A stretch of 64,000 nt of DNA from Candidatus Saccharimonadales bacterium (GTDB lineage: Bacteria > Patescibacteriota > Saccharimonadia > Saccharimonadales > SZUA-47): positions 7,015 to 71,014 of the forward strand of contig JBGSRU010000009.1 of assembly GCA_041737385.1 (NCBI GenBank), read 5' to 3'. The notes beneath the pieces are model-generated. The model was not told where the DNA came from and did no database searches. It worked only from the letters and a program-made list of their open reading frames with translations. Both the position numbers and the translations under genes were made by a program. Below, piece after piece: positions 10,239 to 20,198 of this stretch. Numbering within the stretch: the stretch's first letter is position 1; each line of letters starts with the position of its first letter.

Positions 10239-11459
10239 TTAGATGTTATTTGCAAGCGAGCTTATCGGCCCAATAACGCTGACGGCAATGAGGCCAACCA
10301 TACCGCCCATAACAACGATAAGTATTGGCTCTAGTATTGAACTCAGCCCTTCAACTGCGGCATCAACCTCTTCCTCGTAGAAATCAGCTACCTTGATGAG
10401 AACGGTGTCTGATTGGCCTGTTTCTTCACCAATACTCATCATCTGCCCGACGATAGGGGGGAACACTTTACTAGCGCTTAACGACACACTTAGTTGTTCG
10501 CCGTTTGCAACGTTTTTAGCTGCAGCGATGAGCTCTTTTTCAACAACTGCGTTACCGATTGCCTTAGAAGTTATTTCGAGCGAATCCAGAACACTTACGC
10601 CAGCTGCCATTAAACTAGCAAAAATACGCGCAAAACGAGCGACGACAATCTTCACGACGATTATATTGATACCGGGTAGCTTTAATAATAGACGATCGCG
10701 TGTTTCACGGCCTTTCGCTGTTTTAAGGAATTTACGAAGATATATGGTCCCTCCCACCACGACAAAAAGATGAATAAACCAGTAATTAAGCAATATATCA
10801 CTTATACCGAGCATCACCTTGGTTATGGTAGGTAAGTCACCGCCGGTGAGGTCAGCGATTATTGTGCCGACTTTAGGTACGACAACGGTCATTAACATGA
10901 TGAAGACGCTCACCGTAATACCTATTAGTACCATAGGATAGGTCATTGCGCTCTTGAACTTTGCACGGATACCTGCATCTTTTTCTTGTTGAATCGCTAG
11001 TTTTTTTAGGATTTCATCCAAGATACCACCTGCTTCTCCTGCACGAATCATGTTTACATAGATCGGGTTGAAGACATCACTGTGCTTCTCAAGCGTGTCG
11101 GCAAACGCCATACCACCCTCAACGTCCTTGCTTATCTGAACCAAATGCGCCTTTAGTCCGACGCTTTCAGTTTGTGCCTGCATCGTTGCAAGACTTCTCA
11201 CCAAAGGAACGCCGGCATTAATCATCGTTGCGAGCTGTCTCGTGAATATAACTAGATCTTTCGGCTTGACTCTATTAGCACGCGCCGATAAAAACGGAAG
11301 ATTAATCTCACCTTTTTTCTTACCTATTTTTTTGATAACAAGTGGTTTCAAACGCATCCTCACCAGCGAGCTTCGTGCGGCAGCTTCATCAGCAGCGTCT
11401 AGTACACCTGAATGTTGTTTCTGGTCTTCTCCGGTTGCAGTGTAGTCAAATTTTGGCAT
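10239..11459 (-). CDS. pilC: Type IV pilus platform protein PilC (T2SS F family)
   Basis: Two T2SSF repeats and three TM segments, 406 aa. Confidence 0.85.
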   Translation of the reverse strand: MPKFDYTATGEDQKQHSGVLDAADEAAARSSLVRMRLKPLVIKKIGKKKGEINLPFLSARANRVKPKDLVIFTRQLATMINAGVPLVRSLATMQAQTESVGLKAHLVQISKDVEGGMAFADTLEKHSDVFNPIYVNMIRAGEAGGILDEILKKLAIQQEKDAGIRAKFKSAMTYPMVLIGITVSVFIMLMTVVVPKVGTIIADLTGGDLPTITKVMLGISDILLNYWFIHLFVVVGGTIYLRKFLKTAKGRETRDRLLLKLPGINIIVVKIVVARFARIFASLMAAGVSVLDSLEITSKAIGNAVVEKELIAAAKNVANGEQLSVSLSASKVFPPIVGQMMSIGEETGQSDTVLIKVADFYEEEVDAAVEGLSSILEPILIVVMGGMVGLIAVSVIGPISSLANNI

Positions 11460-11462
11460 AGT

Positions 11463-13226
11463 TTATTCTCTCGTTACTCGTAATATTTCTTCGATACTCG
11501 TCATACCAAGCATCGCCTTAATTAGCCCATCAAGCTGCATAGTTACCATACCACCTGTCACTGCTTGAGCTTGTATCTCTTCGCTTGTGGCGTTTGTGAC
11601 AATTAGTTTTTGGATATCTTCAGAATTTTTCAGCGCCTCGTAGATGCCCATTCGGCCTTTGTAGCCTGTACGGTCATTCGGAAGATCTTGTTTTGGACGC
11701 CAGAAGTTAAGCTTTGTTGATTTTGGTTGTCCAAAATGTTCTTGAGCTTCTGCAAGCAGCTTAAAGATGGCATCCCAATCAGCTTTTGTTTTGATACCGA
11801 AAACACGCTCTATTTCTTTGCGCTCTTCAACTGATGGTGAATACTGCTCACAATCTTCAGGGAAGAGTCGGCGCACCAATCTTTGCCCTATCACTACTCG
11901 CACGACACTGGCAATCAAAAATGGTTCAATATCCATATCAAGCAAACGCGGTAAGCAGGTTGCAGCGTTGTTCGTGTGCAAGGTCGAGAATACGAGGTGT
12001 CCAGTCAGCGCTGCTTGTACGCCCAGTCCTGCTGTTTCGCCGTCACGAATCTCTCCGACCATAATGATGTTTGGATCTTGTCTGAGTAGTGCTCGAAGCC
12101 CGGCAACGAATGTCATACCAGCGGTAGGATTTACTTGAGTTTGGTTGACGCCCTCCAGTTTGTACTCAACTGGATCTTCAATCGTACTAATATTGACGTC
12201 TGGCTTATTCAGGATATGAAGCACACTATGAAGGGTTGTTGACTTACCTGAACCTGTTGGTCCTGTCACCAGAATCATACCGTGTGGTTGATGAGAAGCG
12301 TCTTTGATGTCCGCGAGTGCTTTACCCCAAAAGCCAAGCGTTTCAAGCGATAATGGTTCACTTGACTCGTCTAATACACGCATAACCACCTTTTCACCTT
12401 CAGTGATTGGTAATGTTGAAACACGAAAAGCAAACACGCGTCCGTTCATAGTTATCTTAAATCGGCCGTCCTGAGGGGCACGGCGCTCATCAATTTTTAA
12501 GCTTGAAAGAATTTTGATACGCGACACGAGCGAGTTAAGCGTACGTTTAGGTAAACGGTTGGCTTCCTTCAGGACGCCATCTACACGGTAACGAATGAGC
12601 ACCTGCTTGTCTCTTGGTTCAATATGAATATCGCTTGCGCCTGATTTAACAGCATATTCAATTATCAGATTTACTGTCTGTGCGATTGGCGAGTCTTCTG
12701 CGACATCTTCTTCGCTTATATCTTCATCAGATTCATCTTCATCAGTGCCATCAGTGACGATTTTAGATATCTCGCTACCTATGTTGCCTCTATACTGGTC
12801 TAAAGCTGAGAGCACATTGAAATGTGTCGCGATGTATACTTTTATTTTTTGACCAAACAATTTATGGAGCACGTCAAGCGCTTGTAGATCGTCGGGATCC
12901 TCCATAGCTATGCAGCGCGGTTTGTCCTTTTCGTCTATAGAGCCATCAAACACAACCATGCTATAAAGCTTTGCGATGTGTTCAGGAAGTTGTTTCAGCG
13001 TTTCTTTATTGAGTTCTTTTATATTTATCTCAACATAGGGAACGCCTATTTCTTCGGCATATGCCTTGGTAAGCTCAGAATCACTGAGTACATTCTGCTT
13101 CACAATTAGCTCAAACAGCTCTGTGTTCTCGGTTTTAGCTTGCTCGACTAATTCTGCAATTTTTACTTCGTCAAAAGCATCTGATTTACGGAGTATGTCT
13201 ATAACTGTTTTTTCAGGAATTCTCAT
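11463..13226 (-). CDS. pilB: Type IV pilus assembly ATPase PilB (GspE family)
   Basis: Walker A GPTGSGKSTT, Asp box, Walker B and His box. An N-terminal T2SSE_N domain is present. Confidence 0.9.
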   Translation of the reverse strand: MRIPEKTVIDILRKSDAFDEVKIAELVEQAKTENTELFELIVKQNVLSDSELTKAYAEEIGVPYVEINIKELNKETLKQLPEHIAKLYSMVVFDGSIDEKDKPRCIAMEDPDDLQALDVLHKLFGQKIKVYIATHFNVLSALDQYRGNIGSEISKIVTDGTDEDESDEDISEEDVAEDSPIAQTVNLIIEYAVKSGASDIHIEPRDKQVLIRYRVDGVLKEANRLPKRTLNSLVSRIKILSSLKIDERRAPQDGRFKITMNGRVFAFRVSTLPITEGEKVVMRVLDESSEPLSLETLGFWGKALADIKDASHQPHGMILVTGPTGSGKSTTLHSVLHILNKPDVNISTIEDPVEYKLEGVNQTQVNPTAGMTFVAGLRALLRQDPNIIMVGEIRDGETAGLGVQAALTGHLVFSTLHTNNAATCLPRLLDMDIEPFLIASVVRVVIGQRLVRRLFPEDCEQYSPSVEERKEIERVFGIKTKADWDAIFKLLAEAQEHFGQPKSTKLNFWRPKQDLPNDRTGYKGRMGIYEALKNSEDIQKLIVTNATSEEIQAQAVTGGMVTMQLDGLIKAMLGMTSIEEILRVTRE

Positions 13227-13348
13227 TGTGATTTTTAGATTTTAGCCACCTTTTTCTATGTCTTATCTTATCATGCTTATGTATGTGACGAAATAGCGTC
13301 GGTTATGAGAAAAAGCAAAGGGTACTTTATCAATACTTAACAAGTAAC

Positions 13349-13377
13349 GTGACAGTGTTCGATACATGCGCTATACT
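13349..13377 (+). promoter_or_regulatory. Candidate sigma70-type promoter of recA
   Basis: GTGACA, a 17-nt spacer, then TATACT, ending 27 nt upstream of the recA ATG. Confidence 0.4.
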
Positions 13378-13403
13378 GGTTAAGTATAAAAGAGGATAAC
13401 ATC

Positions 13404-14435
13404 ATGGCTAAGAAAGAAAAAGACGCAAAAGGAATGGGTACAAGGGGTACTGACGCAGATGGCAAGGCAAAAGCACTTGGACTTGCGATGGATCAAATAG
13501 AGAAACAGTTCGGTAAGGGTTCAATCATGCACCTTGCCGGTGATAATAAAATCGATGTTGAGACGATTTCCACAGGTAGCTTGTCGCTTGATTTAGCGCT
13601 TGGTGGTGGAGTCCCTAAAGGCCGAATTATTGAGATCTACGGTCCAGAGTCTAGCGGTAAGACGACATTATCGCTTCACGTTGTCGCCGAAGTCCAAAAA
13701 GAAGGTGGCGTTGCAGCGTTCATTGATGCGGAGCACGCACTTGACCCAGCTTACGCCAAGAAACTTGGTGTTGATATTGAGAAACTGCTCGTCAGCCAAC
13801 CCGATAGTGGTGAGCAAAGCTTAGAGATTGTCGAGACACTCGTTCGCTCTAACGCAGTTGATATCGTGGTGATTGACTCAGTTGCAGCACTCGTCCCGCA
13901 AGCTGAAATCGAAGGCGATATGGGTGATAGTCACATGGGACTTCAGGCGCGTTTGATGAGTCAGGCACTCCGTAAACTAACCGGCATTATCAGTCGTAGT
14001 AAATGTACGGTCATATTCATCAACCAACTGCGTATGAAAATCGGTGTTATGTTTGGCAACCCAGAGACGACAACTGGTGGAAATGCACTGAAATTCTACG
14101 CATCTGTTCGTATGGACATCAGACGAACTTCACAAATCAAAGTCGGCGAAGAGGTGATCGGTAACCGCGTCCGGGTGAAAGTGGTGAAGAATAAAATTGC
14201 GCCGCCATTTAGGCAAGCAGAGTTCGACATCATGTACAATCAAGGTATTTCCACAGAAGGTGATGTATTAGATCTAGCCGCTGAAAAAGGCATCGTCGAA
14301 AAAGCCGGTGCATGGTTCAGCTACAACGGAGAAAATGTTGCGCAAGGTCGTGAAGCCGCCAAACAGTATCTAAAAGACAATCCCAAAGTTCTAAAAGAGA
14401 TAGACAAAAAAGTCAGAGCCGCAGCGGAGGTGTAG
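13404..14435 (+). CDS. recA: Recombinase RecA
   Basis: [10 protein letters not shown] Walker A and canonical RecA sequence throughout. Confidence 0.97.
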   Translation: MAKKEKDAKGMGTRGTDADGKAKALGLAMDQIEKQFGKGSIMHLAGDNKIDVETISTGSLSLDLALGGGVPKGRIIEIYGPESSGKTTLSLHVVAEVQKEGGVAAFIDAEHALDPAYAKKLGVDIEKLLVSQPDSGEQSLEIVETLVRSNAVDIVVIDSVAALVPQAEIEGDMGDSHMGLQARLMSQALRKLTGIISRSKCTVIFINQLRMKIGVMFGNPETTTGGNALKFYASVRMDIRRTSQIKVGEEVIGNRVRVKVVKNKIAPPFRQAEFDIMYNQGISTEGDVLDLAAEKGIVEKAGAWFSYNGENVAQGREAAKQYLKDNPKVLKEIDKKVRAAAEV

Positions 14436-14438
14436 ATC

Positions 14439-14768
14439 GTGAGCGATAATTTAGAATTACCCAAAAATCCAAAACTTTCTGATTTTCAAACTTATATTGC
14501 CAAAATGATGGAGCAACGAGGGTTTGATAAGAACAGCATAGTCGAGGAAATGCTCTTGCTTACAGAAGAAATTGGTGAACTCGCAAAAGTAGTTCGTCAA
14601 GCGCATGGTATGCATATCGATAAAAATTCATCAGTTGGTGGGGCAGCAGAAGAGCTTGCTGACGTACTGTCTTACGTGTTGTCGCTTTCTAATTATCTCG
14701 GAGTTGATTTGGAAAAAGCATTCCGAGAAAAAGAAGAGAAGAACAAAAAGAGAACTTGGTCAAGATAA
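14439..14768 (+). CDS. Small MazG-like nucleotide pyrophosphohydrolase
   Basis: 109 aa with GTG start. EExGELxxxxR...EELADVL is the all-alpha NTP-PPase pattern. Confidence 0.6.
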   Translation: MSDNLELPKNPKLSDFQTYIAKMMEQRGFDKNSIVEEMLLLTEEIGELAKVVRQAHGMHIDKNSSVGGAAEELADVLSYVLSLSNYLGVDLEKAFREKEEKNKKRTWSR

Positions 14769-14773
14769 CAGCG

Positions 14774-15373
14774 ATGAAAATAACCGCGATTAAAGCGCAG
14801 GTAAAAAGCGAAAATCGTGTGTCGATTTTTGTTGACGAAAAGTACAGCTTCTCTTTGTCGCTTGATCAGCTATTGGATGAAAAGATCAAAAAAGCTGATG
14901 AGATTGACGACGTACGTTTAAAAGAACTCAAGAAACTCTCTGATGAAGGTAAGTTACGACAACGAGCGCTGGAATGGGTGATGGGGCGACCGCACTCTTC
15001 GAGAGAACTACGAGACTATTTATATCGAAAAAAAACAGACAAAGACCACATCGAGGCTTTGGTTGAAGATTTTTTGGACAAAAGATATCTAAATGACGAA
15101 GCTTTTGCTCGTTGGTTTGCAGAGAATCGCCGCCGCAAAAACAAGAGCTCGCGGGCAATTAAATCAGAGCTAATGAGCAAAGGGGTGTCGAGCGTGGTGG
15201 CGGACTCTGCGGTTAAAGAACTCGAAGCGGACGACAACGAAGCGCTTAAAAAACTAATTGAAAAACTAAGCACTAGACTACGCTATAAAGATGAACAAAA
15301 ACTAAAAATGTACTTAGTGAGTAAAGGCTTCAGCTACGATTCTATAAAACGGGCACTGGACGACAGCGTTTAG
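14774..15373 (+). CDS. recX: RecA regulator RecX
   Basis: Helical repeat protein downstream of recA. ATG 14774 is preferred over TTG 14756. Confidence 0.7.
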   Translation: MKITAIKAQVKSENRVSIFVDEKYSFSLSLDQLLDEKIKKADEIDDVRLKELKKLSDEGKLRQRALEWVMGRPHSSRELRDYLYRKKTDKDHIEALVEDFLDKRYLNDEAFARWFAENRRRKNKSSRAIKSELMSKGVSSVVADSAVKELEADDNEALKKLIEKLSTRLRYKDEQKLKMYLVSKGFSYDSIKRALDDSV

Positions 15374-15891
15374 GCTGCGGCAGGCGCTCGGTCACTGACT
15401 TGAGATTTCTGGGTACTTTCTCTCACGACAACGTACTTATCGTTTATCTCCGTAATCTGCGAGCGGTCGATTATAAGCTGCTGAGAGGTGAAGTTTTTCA
15501 GTAAGTTTTGATTGACGTAAAGCTTCTTTATATACATGGAAGAATCATCGACTGCATAATCTGCTATTTTGCCAATTTTACGTTTGCTGTCAGAGATGAC
15601 TTTTTTACCAATGATTTCAAACTGTAATTCGATGATATTTTTTAACCTTACGAGATCTTCGACATGAGTAAGAGACGTATGATCATTGACGACGATACCT
15701 TTTCTGATAATATCTCTCACCTCGCCAGCGGGCACAATCATCGCGTCTTTGCTAGCTCTAGCAGTTGCATACCAGCCTTCAATCTTGAGCGTAGTTGGAT
15801 CGATCACCGGACTCATCGCGTGGCCTATCGGTCCTCCTGTCCTGAGTGATAACACATCACGATCATAATATATTGCTGAAAGCTGTAGCAT
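15370..15891 (-). CDS. PRC-barrel domain protein
   Basis: Two PRC-barrel-like halves (VLSLRTGGPIG... and VISDSKRKIGKIADYAVD). Confidence 0.45.
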   Translation of the reverse strand: MLQLSAIYYDRDVLSLRTGGPIGHAMSPVIDPTTLKIEGWYATARASKDAMIVPAGEVRDIIRKGIVVNDHTSLTHVEDLVRLKNIIELQFEIIGKKVISDSKRKIGKIADYAVDDSSMYIKKLYVNQNLLKNFTSQQLIIDRSQITEINDKYVVVRESTQKSQVSDRAPAAA

Positions 15892-15955
15892 TATAATTCT
15901 ATTATAGCAAGCTTCGCGGTAGCATTATACGGTAATCATCGGTATGATATAACAG

Positions 15956-16441
15956 ATGAAATACGAGATAAAAAGCCTAAACGCGCAAGACACTATGTGT
16001 ATTGGAGAGACTATCGGCAGCAACTTGCGCGGCGGAGAGTTGATTGTACTTGAAAGTGATCTTGGAGGTGGAAAGACGACACTCACACAAGGTATAGCCA
16101 AAGGGATCGGCTCGTCTGAACATGCATCAAGCCCAACGTTTACTATTTCTCAGCTGTATAGTGGCTCACAGTTTGAACTGCATCATTATGATTTCTACCG
16201 ACTTGGGAGTGATATAGGTTTAATGCAGCAGGAGCTTGAGGATGTATTAAGCGATTCACGAAACATAGTTGTTGTTGAGTGGCCCCAAGCATCGATTGAT
16301 AAAATCGGAGTAGATCGAATTGTACATATTACACTAGCTCCAGTTAGAGAATCCGAAGAGCAGCGTGTCGTTAAAATCAGCTATCCAGAGATGCTGGAGT
16401 ACTGTGCTGGTGAGAAGCTAATAGAGGTGCGAAAATGCTAA
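15956..16441 (+). CDS. tsaE: tRNA t6A37 biosynthesis ATPase TsaE
   Basis: P-loop GDLGGGKTTLTQG followed by SPTFT. Confidence 0.85.
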   Translation: MKYEIKSLNAQDTMCIGETIGSNLRGGELIVLESDLGGGKTTLTQGIAKGIGSSEHASSPTFTISQLYSGSQFELHHYDFYRLGSDIGLMQQELEDVLSDSRNIVVVEWPQASIDKIGVDRIVHITLAPVRESEEQRVVKISYPEMLEYCAGEKLIEVRKC

Positions 16442-16821
16442 CTTTACTAATTCGGTCTGACAAACCAGAGGCAGAATTATATCTCTATAAAGGTAGTAAA
16501 AAAGTCGCTGAAAAAGTATGGGAAGCACATCGACAACTCGCGGACACACTCCATATATCCATTGAATCTTTATTGGTAGAAGCAGGATATTCATTGAACG
16601 ATGTAGAGCGAATTGGTGTGTATGAAGGCCCTGGATCTTTCACTGGACTTAGAATCGGCATGACCGTAGCGAATTCGTTGGGCTATAGCTTGAATATTCC
16701 TGTAGCTCAAGCGGGCGGCGAACTGTGGATAGTTGAGTGTTTAAAGTCGACAGAAACAGCGTTTCAGCCAGCTAGCCCTATTTACGGTAGCGATCCACAT
16801 ATCACCTCACCGAAGAAGTAA
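16435..16821 (+). CDS. tsaB: Short TsaB-like protein (N-terminal domain only, 128 aa)
   Basis: GPGSFTGLRIG motif. It overlaps the tsaE stop and is about half the usual TsaB length. Confidence 0.65.
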   Translation: MLTLLIRSDKPEAELYLYKGSKKVAEKVWEAHRQLADTLHISIESLLVEAGYSLNDVERIGVYEGPGSFTGLRIGMTVANSLGYSLNIPVAQAGGELWIVECLKSTETAFQPASPIYGSDPHITSPKK

Positions 16822-16851
16822 CGCTCTGAATTGACAGAAGCACAATTACAT

Positions 16852-16880
16852 TTTTTGCAAAGGTCAGACCTTTGCAAAAA
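16852..16880. repeat. 29-bp perfect palindrome, copy 1 of a shared TGCAAAGGTC-A-GACCTTTGCA motif
   Basis: TTTTTGCAAAGGTCAGACCTTTGCAAAAA. The same 21-nt core recurs at 58819-58839. Confidence 0.8.
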
Positions 16881-16939
16881 GAAAAGCAGGGAGTATAAGT
16901 GGTAGTGATGTAGAATTATCAACAATAAGCATAAACAAC

Positions 16940-16968
16940 TTGACACGCAATACAGATAGAAGTAAAGT
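16940..16968 (+). promoter_or_regulatory. Candidate promoter of the surface-protein/sortase operon
   Basis: TTGACA, a 17-nt spacer, then TAAAGT, about 90 nt upstream of the 17061 start. Confidence 0.4.
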
Positions 16969-17060
16969 CAAAGTTGTAGTAATAAAAAATACAAATCTAA
17001 AAAGAAAAATAAAAAGCTAAGCAAGCTTGTTCTTTTTAGAAAGAAGGGCGTACCCAGAAC

Positions 17061-18887
17061 ATGAAAATAAAACAACTTATCAACAAAGTGACTCTAAGCT
17101 CAATGTTCGTGAGCTTGTTAACACCTATGGCGCTGTTTGTGCCAGTAGCAAATGCAGCAGCAGATACTTGTACGTGGGTAGGAGCTAGTGGTGCTGAAGA
17201 TACCGTAGCAAAAACATGGACTTTTAATGTTACAGATGCTGCAAACTGGGCTGGATGCGATAATGGAAACGTGCCAGAAGCTGGTGATTCGCTAGTGTTT
17301 CCAGCAAACTTAGCAGATGTTGATCCTGATGATTCTGAAACTGACGATTGGAGTTGGAAGTATATTGTAAACAACGACTTACCGGTTGATTCTGACATCA
17401 ACGGCATAGTTTTTAGCGCTGATACAGGGACCGATTGTCAAGTTTACGATGATAAATATACAATAGCCGGTAATAGTATTTCTTTAAGTGGTGATATTGA
17501 GGTAACTACGACAGGTACCTGCACCTATAATACTAGTGCAGTAGATATGTCAATAACAACAACTGCTGATGTAAAGATATCTACTGGCATAGAAGACCAA
17601 GTTAGTCCTTTTACTGTCAACACACTAACATTCGGAGCGAATGCGCTTAGCTTTTGTGATTTAACAGATGGTACACGATTAAATAAGAGCTTGTATCCTA
17701 ATAATTTACAACTTACAGGCACTGGCACTGTAACTATAGCGTGTGGAACATTCTCTTTACAAAATGTTTCATCCAATACATTTGGCAATGTCATCGTAGA
17801 AAATGGTAGTAGTATAAGTGGACCTCCACAAATATGGGGATACTCAGCAGCAAACACTTTCACGTTCAAAGACAATGCAACATTTTCATTTAATGACTAC
17901 AGTGTAGCTACTCAACTAGAGTTCTTGTCAGACATCGTTTTCGAAGGCACTGGTGGGTCATCTGCGTACTGTACTTCAACAGCTTGTACTGGAGCGGCAT
18001 ACGTGCAGATAAGCGACTATAGAGGTTATATAGCGAATTCTAGCGGTGGATATGAAGAGCCTACTGTTTATCATAAGACAGTTTTCTCAGGAGACGTTAC
18101 ATTGGTTGAAGACACCACTTTGGGCCTTAGCTCAAACGTAGATTTTACGGGTACTATTACAGGTGGAGCTTTCAAGCTGCTACCTGGTGGCAGGGGTGAG
18201 CTTAAGACAGCAAGCGGCACAGTGATGCCTACAAAAATAAATAAGACTCTAACTGATAATACGCGCGATCAATATATTTCTTACGGAACTGTTGGCATCC
18301 TTAGTTCTGACCAGACCATTACCAAAAAAATTACTGTAAATGAAGGTGGAACATTAAAAGGGAAAGGTTCAGTTGCCGGAATCGAGATTGAAACAGGAGG
18401 TACGCTTGCTCCTGGTGATAGCCCTGGATGTATTATTTCAACAGGTGATTTAACACTTGCAGGATCTTATGATGTTGAGATTAACGGAGCGACTGCTTGT
18501 ACAGAATACGATCAAACAGATGTCACTGGTGCAGTAGACGTAACTGGCGGCACGCTGAACGTAGCAATACTCCCAGCGTACACGCCTGCCCTAAATACAG
18601 AATTTGTGATCATTAAAAATGATGCAGCTGACGGAGTCACCGGAGTGTTTGCAAACTACGCACAGGGTGCACGATTTGACGTCGCTGGTGTCACCTACGA
18701 AGTATCCTATAAAGGTGGTGATGGAAACGATGTGACGCTAACTGCCGTTGCAGTTCCAGCTGCTGCAAAAACTCCTGATACTGGAGTTGGAAGCTTACTC
18801 TCAAGCCCGTTTGCTAGCCTAACAGCGATGATTATGGTCGCAGGCGCTCTCTATTCGTCAAGAAAATTTAACGGCTCTAAGAAGTAA
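17061..18887 (+). CDS. Secreted beta-helix-type surface protein with C-terminal xPDTG cell-wall sorting signal
   Basis: Signal peptide, then Gly/Thr-rich beta-strand repeats of the kind seen in autotransporter-associated repeats (GGTLKGKGSV, GGTLAPGDSPG, YKGGDGNDVTLT). The tail is KTPDTG, a hydrophobic helix, then RKFNGSKK. Confidence 0.75.
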   Translation: MKIKQLINKVTLSSMFVSLLTPMALFVPVANAAADTCTWVGASGAEDTVAKTWTFNVTDAANWAGCDNGNVPEAGDSLVFPANLADVDPDDSETDDWSWKYIVNNDLPVDSDINGIVFSADTGTDCQVYDDKYTIAGNSISLSGDIEVTTTGTCTYNTSAVDMSITTTADVKISTGIEDQVSPFTVNTLTFGANALSFCDLTDGTRLNKSLYPNNLQLTGTGTVTIACGTFSLQNVSSNTFGNVIVENGSSISGPPQIWGYSAANTFTFKDNATFSFNDYSVATQLEFLSDIVFEGTGGSSAYCTSTACTGAAYVQISDYRGYIANSSGGYEEPTVYHKTVFSGDVTLVEDTTLGLSSNVDFTGTITGGAFKLLPGGRGELKTASGTVMPTKINKTLTDNTRDQYISYGTVGILSSDQTITKKITVNEGGTLKGKGSVAGIEIETGGTLAPGDSPGCIISTGDLTLAGSYDVEINGATACTEYDQTDVTGAVDVTGGTLNVAILPAYTPALNTEFVIIKNDAADGVTGVFANYAQGARFDVAGVTYEVSYKGGDGNDVTLTAVAVPAAAKTPDTGVGSLLSSPFASLTAMIMVAGALYSSRKFNGSKK

Positions 18888-18911
18888 AAAATAAACAGGA
18901 GAGTAACTCTC

Positions 18912-20117
18912 ATGAAAAAACAACAAATAAAAACAGCCATTAGCGCCGCAATACTCGGTGTTATGTCACCCCTCGCTATGGCTATACCAGCTAGTGCAGC
19001 AACAGTCACGTGGAACGGCCTCGGTGATAGAGGATTTGATAGCGGACTAAACTGGCAAGCAGGTGGAATCCTTGCAAACGGTGACACGGCTGTTTTCCCA
19101 GCATCTGCTAACGTAACCACGGCCAATAATGATATGCCAAGTCTATCTCTCGTTAAAATACTCTTTAACGGCGAATCAACGGTTCCTACAAGCTCAAAAA
19201 GCTTCACCATAAACGGCAACGCTCTTACAATCACTGAAGGGATTGAAGCGGTCATGACAGGACTAGGTGGTACTCACGCAGTCAATACAAGTGTTACCTT
19301 GGGGGGTAATGCTACTTTCAAAACAACGGGTGCTAATACGCTATCAGTTGGTGGTACAGAAACGACGCTCGCGCTTGGCACAAATAATCTCACGCTTGAT
19401 GCTAGCGGTGGATCAATTTCGCTTCTCGGCAAGATAACTGGATCAGGAAATATTGTGAAATCAGGAGCTGGAAAAGCAATGATCGCCACAACTCCTGGAA
19501 CAGGTGGCTACAGCGGTACTTTGACGGTACCTGCTGGTGAAATCAATGCGACCGGTACGCTCGGTAATGTCTCACTAACTGGTGGAACACTAAAAGGTGC
19601 TGGAACTGTTGGTAGTCTAACGATGAGCTCGGGCTCAGTCTCGCCCGGCAATAGCCCTGGTGTTATCAATACGGGTAATATCGCCTATACAGGTGGCTCG
19701 TTTGATGTTGAACTTGGCGGCAAGGCTGCTGGACAGTTTGACCAGACGAGCGTAACAGGTACAGTGAAACTTGGCACAGAAACCACACTCAACATCAGTC
19801 TTGTCAATAGCTACACTCCAGCAGTGAATGACTCATTTGTCATTGTTAACAATGATGCTGAAGACGCTGTCGAAGGGACGTTTAAGGGACTTGCAGATGG
19901 TTCTAAGACCACACTCGGAGCATACACGTACCAAATAAACTATGATGGTGGTACTGGTAACGATGTTGTACTACTAGTGACTGGCACGCCAAGCGCCCCA
20001 GATACAGGAGTTGGTTCTATCATCAGTAGCCCTCTTGCAACACTTATTGCTGCAATGGCAGTAGCAGGTTCAGTTGCTGGGTATCGATTCTACGAGCTCA
20101 AAAAAGCTCGACGTTAA
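18912..20117 (+). CDS. Paralogous surface protein with xPDTG sorting signal
   Basis: Same C-terminal module as 17061-18887 (SPGVINTG.., YDGGTGNDVVLL). The tail is SAPDTG, a hydrophobic helix, then KKARR. Confidence 0.75.
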   Translation: MKKQQIKTAISAAILGVMSPLAMAIPASAATVTWNGLGDRGFDSGLNWQAGGILANGDTAVFPASANVTTANNDMPSLSLVKILFNGESTVPTSSKSFTINGNALTITEGIEAVMTGLGGTHAVNTSVTLGGNATFKTTGANTLSVGGTETTLALGTNNLTLDASGGSISLLGKITGSGNIVKSGAGKAMIATTPGTGGYSGTLTVPAGEINATGTLGNVSLTGGTLKGAGTVGSLTMSSGSVSPGNSPGVINTGNIAYTGGSFDVELGGKAAGQFDQTSVTGTVKLGTETTLNISLVNSYTPAVNDSFVIVNNDAEDAVEGTFKGLADGSKTTLGAYTYQINYDGGTGNDVVLLVTGTPSAPDTGVGSIISSPLATLIAAMAVAGSVAGYRFYELKKARR

Positions 20118-20198
20118 AAAGTATATTGTTGTAGTAGACACCCATCCCGGGCGCAACTAGGGGTGGGTGTTAGCTCAAGTAAAAGGAACCTATCATAA

